From a virus, in IMG/VR virus record IMGVR_UViG_3300025133_000036, positions 1 through 64,000 of that record: DNA of 64,000 bases. The stretch is one strand, 5' to 3'. The notes under the pieces were generated by a model. That model searched no databases and had not been told where the DNA came from. It worked only from the letters and a program-made list of their open reading frames with translations. The first letter of the stretch is position 1. The number at the start of each line of letters is the position of its first letter. The translations under genes and the position numbers were made by a program. Positions 61,731 through 64,000 of the stretch are shown in pieces.

Positions 61731-61746
61731 ATATATATTATAAATA
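61731..61746 (+). promoter_or_regulatory. AT-rich promoter candidate including a T4-type late consensus TATAAATA (61739-61746)
   Basis: ATATATATTA (also at 5178-5187) overlapping TATAAATA, upstream of a GAGG SD and TTG start. Confidence 0.4.
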
Positions 61747-61759
61747 ATAGAGGTTTTTT

Positions 61760-62356
61760 TTGAATACAGAATGGTGTTATTATAGTAATGCTTTTACAAG
61801 TGACGAGTGTGATGAAATAGTTAAATTGGGTAAAACTTACGATTTAACTACTGGTTTTTTAGGTGATGGTTCTTATGGAGTTGACTCTAGAAGAGATTTT
61901 ACATATAGAAATAGCAATCTAAGGTTCATTGATAAAGACGAACCTGGCAGTAATTGGATATTTGATAAAATGTGGAAACTTGCTATTCAGTGCAATGAAG
62001 AGTGGTTCAATTTTCATATATCTACATTGCCAGCATTCCAATTTACAGAATATATAGGCAATACTGAAAATCCACAGTTTTATACAGAACATATAGACGT
62101 GTTTTGGGTTACAGAAGCTCCTTTTCATAGAAAACTTTCAGCGGTAGTACAATTATCAGAAAATACTGAGTATACAGGTGGAACATTAGAGTTTACTTCT
62201 TCTAATCAACCGCTGCATGATCAACAAATATATGAAATGGCTCAAAAAGGTACAGTTATTTTTTTCCCATCATTTCTGCAACATGCAGTCTCACCAGTGA
62301 CAGAGGGGTTACGACATAGTTTAGTTGGATGGTTTGAAGGACCTAAATGGAGATAA
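61760..62356 (+). CDS. 2OG-Fe(II) oxygenase (prolyl-hydroxylase / PKHD-like)
   Basis: HID (HxD), RKLSAVVQLS, YTGGTLEF, GTVIFFPSFLQHAVSPVT.G.RHSLVGW (distal His and Arg). Confidence 0.88.
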   Translation: MNTEWCYYSNAFTSDECDEIVKLGKTYDLTTGFLGDGSYGVDSRRDFTYRNSNLRFIDKDEPGSNWIFDKMWKLAIQCNEEWFNFHISTLPAFQFTEYIGNTENPQFYTEHIDVFWVTEAPFHRKLSAVVQLSENTEYTGGTLEFTSSNQPLHDQQIYEMAQKGTVIFFPSFLQHAVSPVTEGLRHSLVGWFEGPKWR

Positions 62357-62357
62357 C

Positions 62358-63422
62358 ATGAAAAAGTTTTGTATTAATACATTAGTACATAATGCTAAAG
62401 ATAGAAAAAGATTGCTTAAATCTACAATACAATATTTTATGACTAACACTGATTTAAATCAAGAATTAGATTGGTATGTACTTGTTAATGGATCTACAGA
62501 TAATTGGAAAACTTTTGCCACACAAATAACGTCAGAATTTTCAAATATTAATTGGCATTTTGAACATTCAGAAGTCAATTTAGGTGTTGGGGCAGGAATT
62601 AATAAATTAAATCAGATTTCAAGTGAATACGAGTATACATTATTTTTAGAGGGAGATTGGTTTTGTGTTCCTGAACATGTATCATTTATACCTAAAGATT
62701 GGCTATCAACATCTTTAAAATATCTCGATACCAATGTAGATATTTCACAAATAGTTTTACGAAAATATATAGATGATACTGATGATAGACAGTATGGTTA
62801 TGGGTATTGGATTCAGAATGAAAATGTGGACAAAGTAGATACTTTTAACGGTATTGAATTTATAAGACTTCTTAAACGTGAATATTCAAACAATCCACAT
62901 ATTCGACGAAATAGTGAGTATTTCACCACCGGAATATTTCCGTTAAAGGAATTTTATGATGAGAAAGGAGTACCTTCAGAACATAAAGATCATGTCGATT
63001 GGGGTCAAGCCGAAATACATGCTGAATCTAAAGGCTATAACATAAAATCTGTATTTCCAAAATTTGGAAAATTTATACACGGCGACGGATACTCGTACGA
63101 TTTACAATTACTTCAACCAACAGGCTGTGGATCTTGTAAATACGGATTAATGACTCCTATAAAAATGTGGTGCTATTCTTGTACTGATGATAATGATTTT
63201 GGGCAATTTTCACAACATCAACAATTTTTTGAACGCAATATACATCCTGTATTAAATGAGTCAATTGACAAAGCTAAACAAATTTGTAGAACATATCATA
63301 CGGCCGATCATGATGAAGTTTTTGTTAAAAGAAAAAACTCTTATAAATTATCAGAAGAAGAATTAAACGATGAAGAACGCTTCAATCCAGTCAGTCGTAT
63401 AACAAAAGAAGGAACAACGTAA
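62358..63422 (+). CDS. Putative GT-A fold (GT2-like) glycosyltransferase
   Basis: YVLVNGSTD, NLGVGAGIN, YTLFLEGDW (DxD-like), SNNPHIRR; start at ATG 62358 with GGAG SD; Cys cluster near the C-terminus. Confidence 0.6.
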   Translation: MKKFCINTLVHNAKDRKRLLKSTIQYFMTNTDLNQELDWYVLVNGSTDNWKTFATQITSEFSNINWHFEHSEVNLGVGAGINKLNQISSEYEYTLFLEGDWFCVPEHVSFIPKDWLSTSLKYLDTNVDISQIVLRKYIDDTDDRQYGYGYWIQNENVDKVDTFNGIEFIRLLKREYSNNPHIRRNSEYFTTGIFPLKEFYDEKGVPSEHKDHVDWGQAEIHAESKGYNIKSVFPKFGKFIHGDGYSYDLQLLQPTGCGSCKYGLMTPIKMWCYSCTDDNDFGQFSQHQQFFERNIHPVLNESIDKAKQICRTYHTADHDEVFVKRKNSYKLSEEELNDEERFNPVSRITKEGTT

Positions 63423-64000
63423 TGTTAAGACCTGAAAATATATTTTGCCATGAAACTTTTGATGATGGCGTTTTTATATTCATAGAAGATAATTTATTTA
63501 ATGGATGGATTGCATCAAAATATAAAATAAATGAGCTTTTACTTGGAACACAAAAAGTTGTAATAAGCGACAACCTTCGCCAAGACGTTATTGATGAATA
63601 TGCAACACAAGGTATAATCATACAAGAAGCGTGGGAAGTTCAATTTCCTATTTCTGATTCGAGTCAAGCATTTGATCCTTTATATGTCAAATATAATTCG
63701 GGCACCAGTGAAGTAACTTCAAAATTAGGTACACTTGAAAAGTTTTACGTATATGGTTCTGGATTCCATAATACTGATGCTAAAGAGATTATAGTTGTCG
63801 ATAATTTTTATGAAGATCCCATGGCGATCAGAAACTTTGCTATCAATAATTTACAGTTTGAAGAGAAAGAGTATCACAGAGGCCTTTCTACCGCACCATG
63901 GACTTTATTTGGAACACAAGAGAAATTCGAAAAAATATTGGGTACGAATATACTCGATTGGAATAATCCAAATTTAAGAAATGGTCAATTTCAATATGTA
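63422..64000 (+). CDS. 5' part of a probable second oxygenase-like protein (truncated; not in ORF track)
   Basis: Frame open from ATG 63422 (TAATG coupling) to the window end: MLRPENIF...EIIVVDNFYEDPMAIRNFA...NGQFQYV. IIVVDNFY.DP..IR.FA resembles N-termini of phage 2OG-Fe(II)-like (DUF6445-type) proteins. Confidence 0.6.
   Translation, partial: MLRPENIFCHETFDDGVFIFIEDNLFNGWIASKYKINELLLGTQKVVISDNLRQDVIDEYATQGIIIQEAWEVQFPISDSSQAFDPLYVKYNSGTSEVTSKLGTLEKFYVYGSGFHNTDAKEIIVVDNFYEDPMAIRNFAINNLQFEEKEYHRGLSTAPWTLFGTQEKFEKILGTNILDWNNPNLRNGQFQYV

Noticed and set aside
63795-63977. 60-aa ORF in the track near the window end
   Set aside because: It lies out of frame inside the longer open frame starting at 63422, which has coupling and a recognisable motif.
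1-64000. Stop-codon reassignment as in some large phages
   Set aside because: Core genes are full length in the standard code, and TAA, TAG and TGA all end genes at sensible, often coupled, positions.
1-64000. tRNA, rRNA or mobile-element genes
   Set aside because: Non-coding gaps are short and none shows a cloverleaf or T-loop pattern; no transposase or integrase motifs were seen. A covariance-model scan would be needed to exclude small RNAs.

Overview
This AT-rich window is the late (morphogenesis) region of a large T4-like tailed phage read in the standard genetic code, and almost every real gene is on the + strand. From left to right it carries: an array of small genes sharing an N-terminal MIKLKxLLxE leader; a holin; a modular 618-aa protein; a Holliday-junction resolvase, primase and fused Mre11-Rad50 (gp47-gp46) module; a lone antisense ribbon-helix-helix gene; a 5310-aa virion fibre protein; a GH108 endolysin; a nucleotidyltransferase/ligase-like fusion; and the head module (terminase, portal, prohead protease, phage ribosomal protein bS21, scaffold, major capsid protein). 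Neck and tail-terminator genes follow, then three very large Gln/Asn-rich collagen-like fibre genes and a 2OG-Fe(II) oxygenase/glycosyltransferase cluster. There are two main candidate systems. (1) A leader-tagged head-cargo system: unrelated small proteins and apparent polyproteins share a leader ending in an [ILV]-x-E prohead-protease-type site, and in one case the leader is copied almost base for base onto two unrelated genes. (2) A collagen fibre with a 7-copy spacer domain and adjacent putative modifying enzymes. All functional calls come from motif recognition by eye; no database searches were run.
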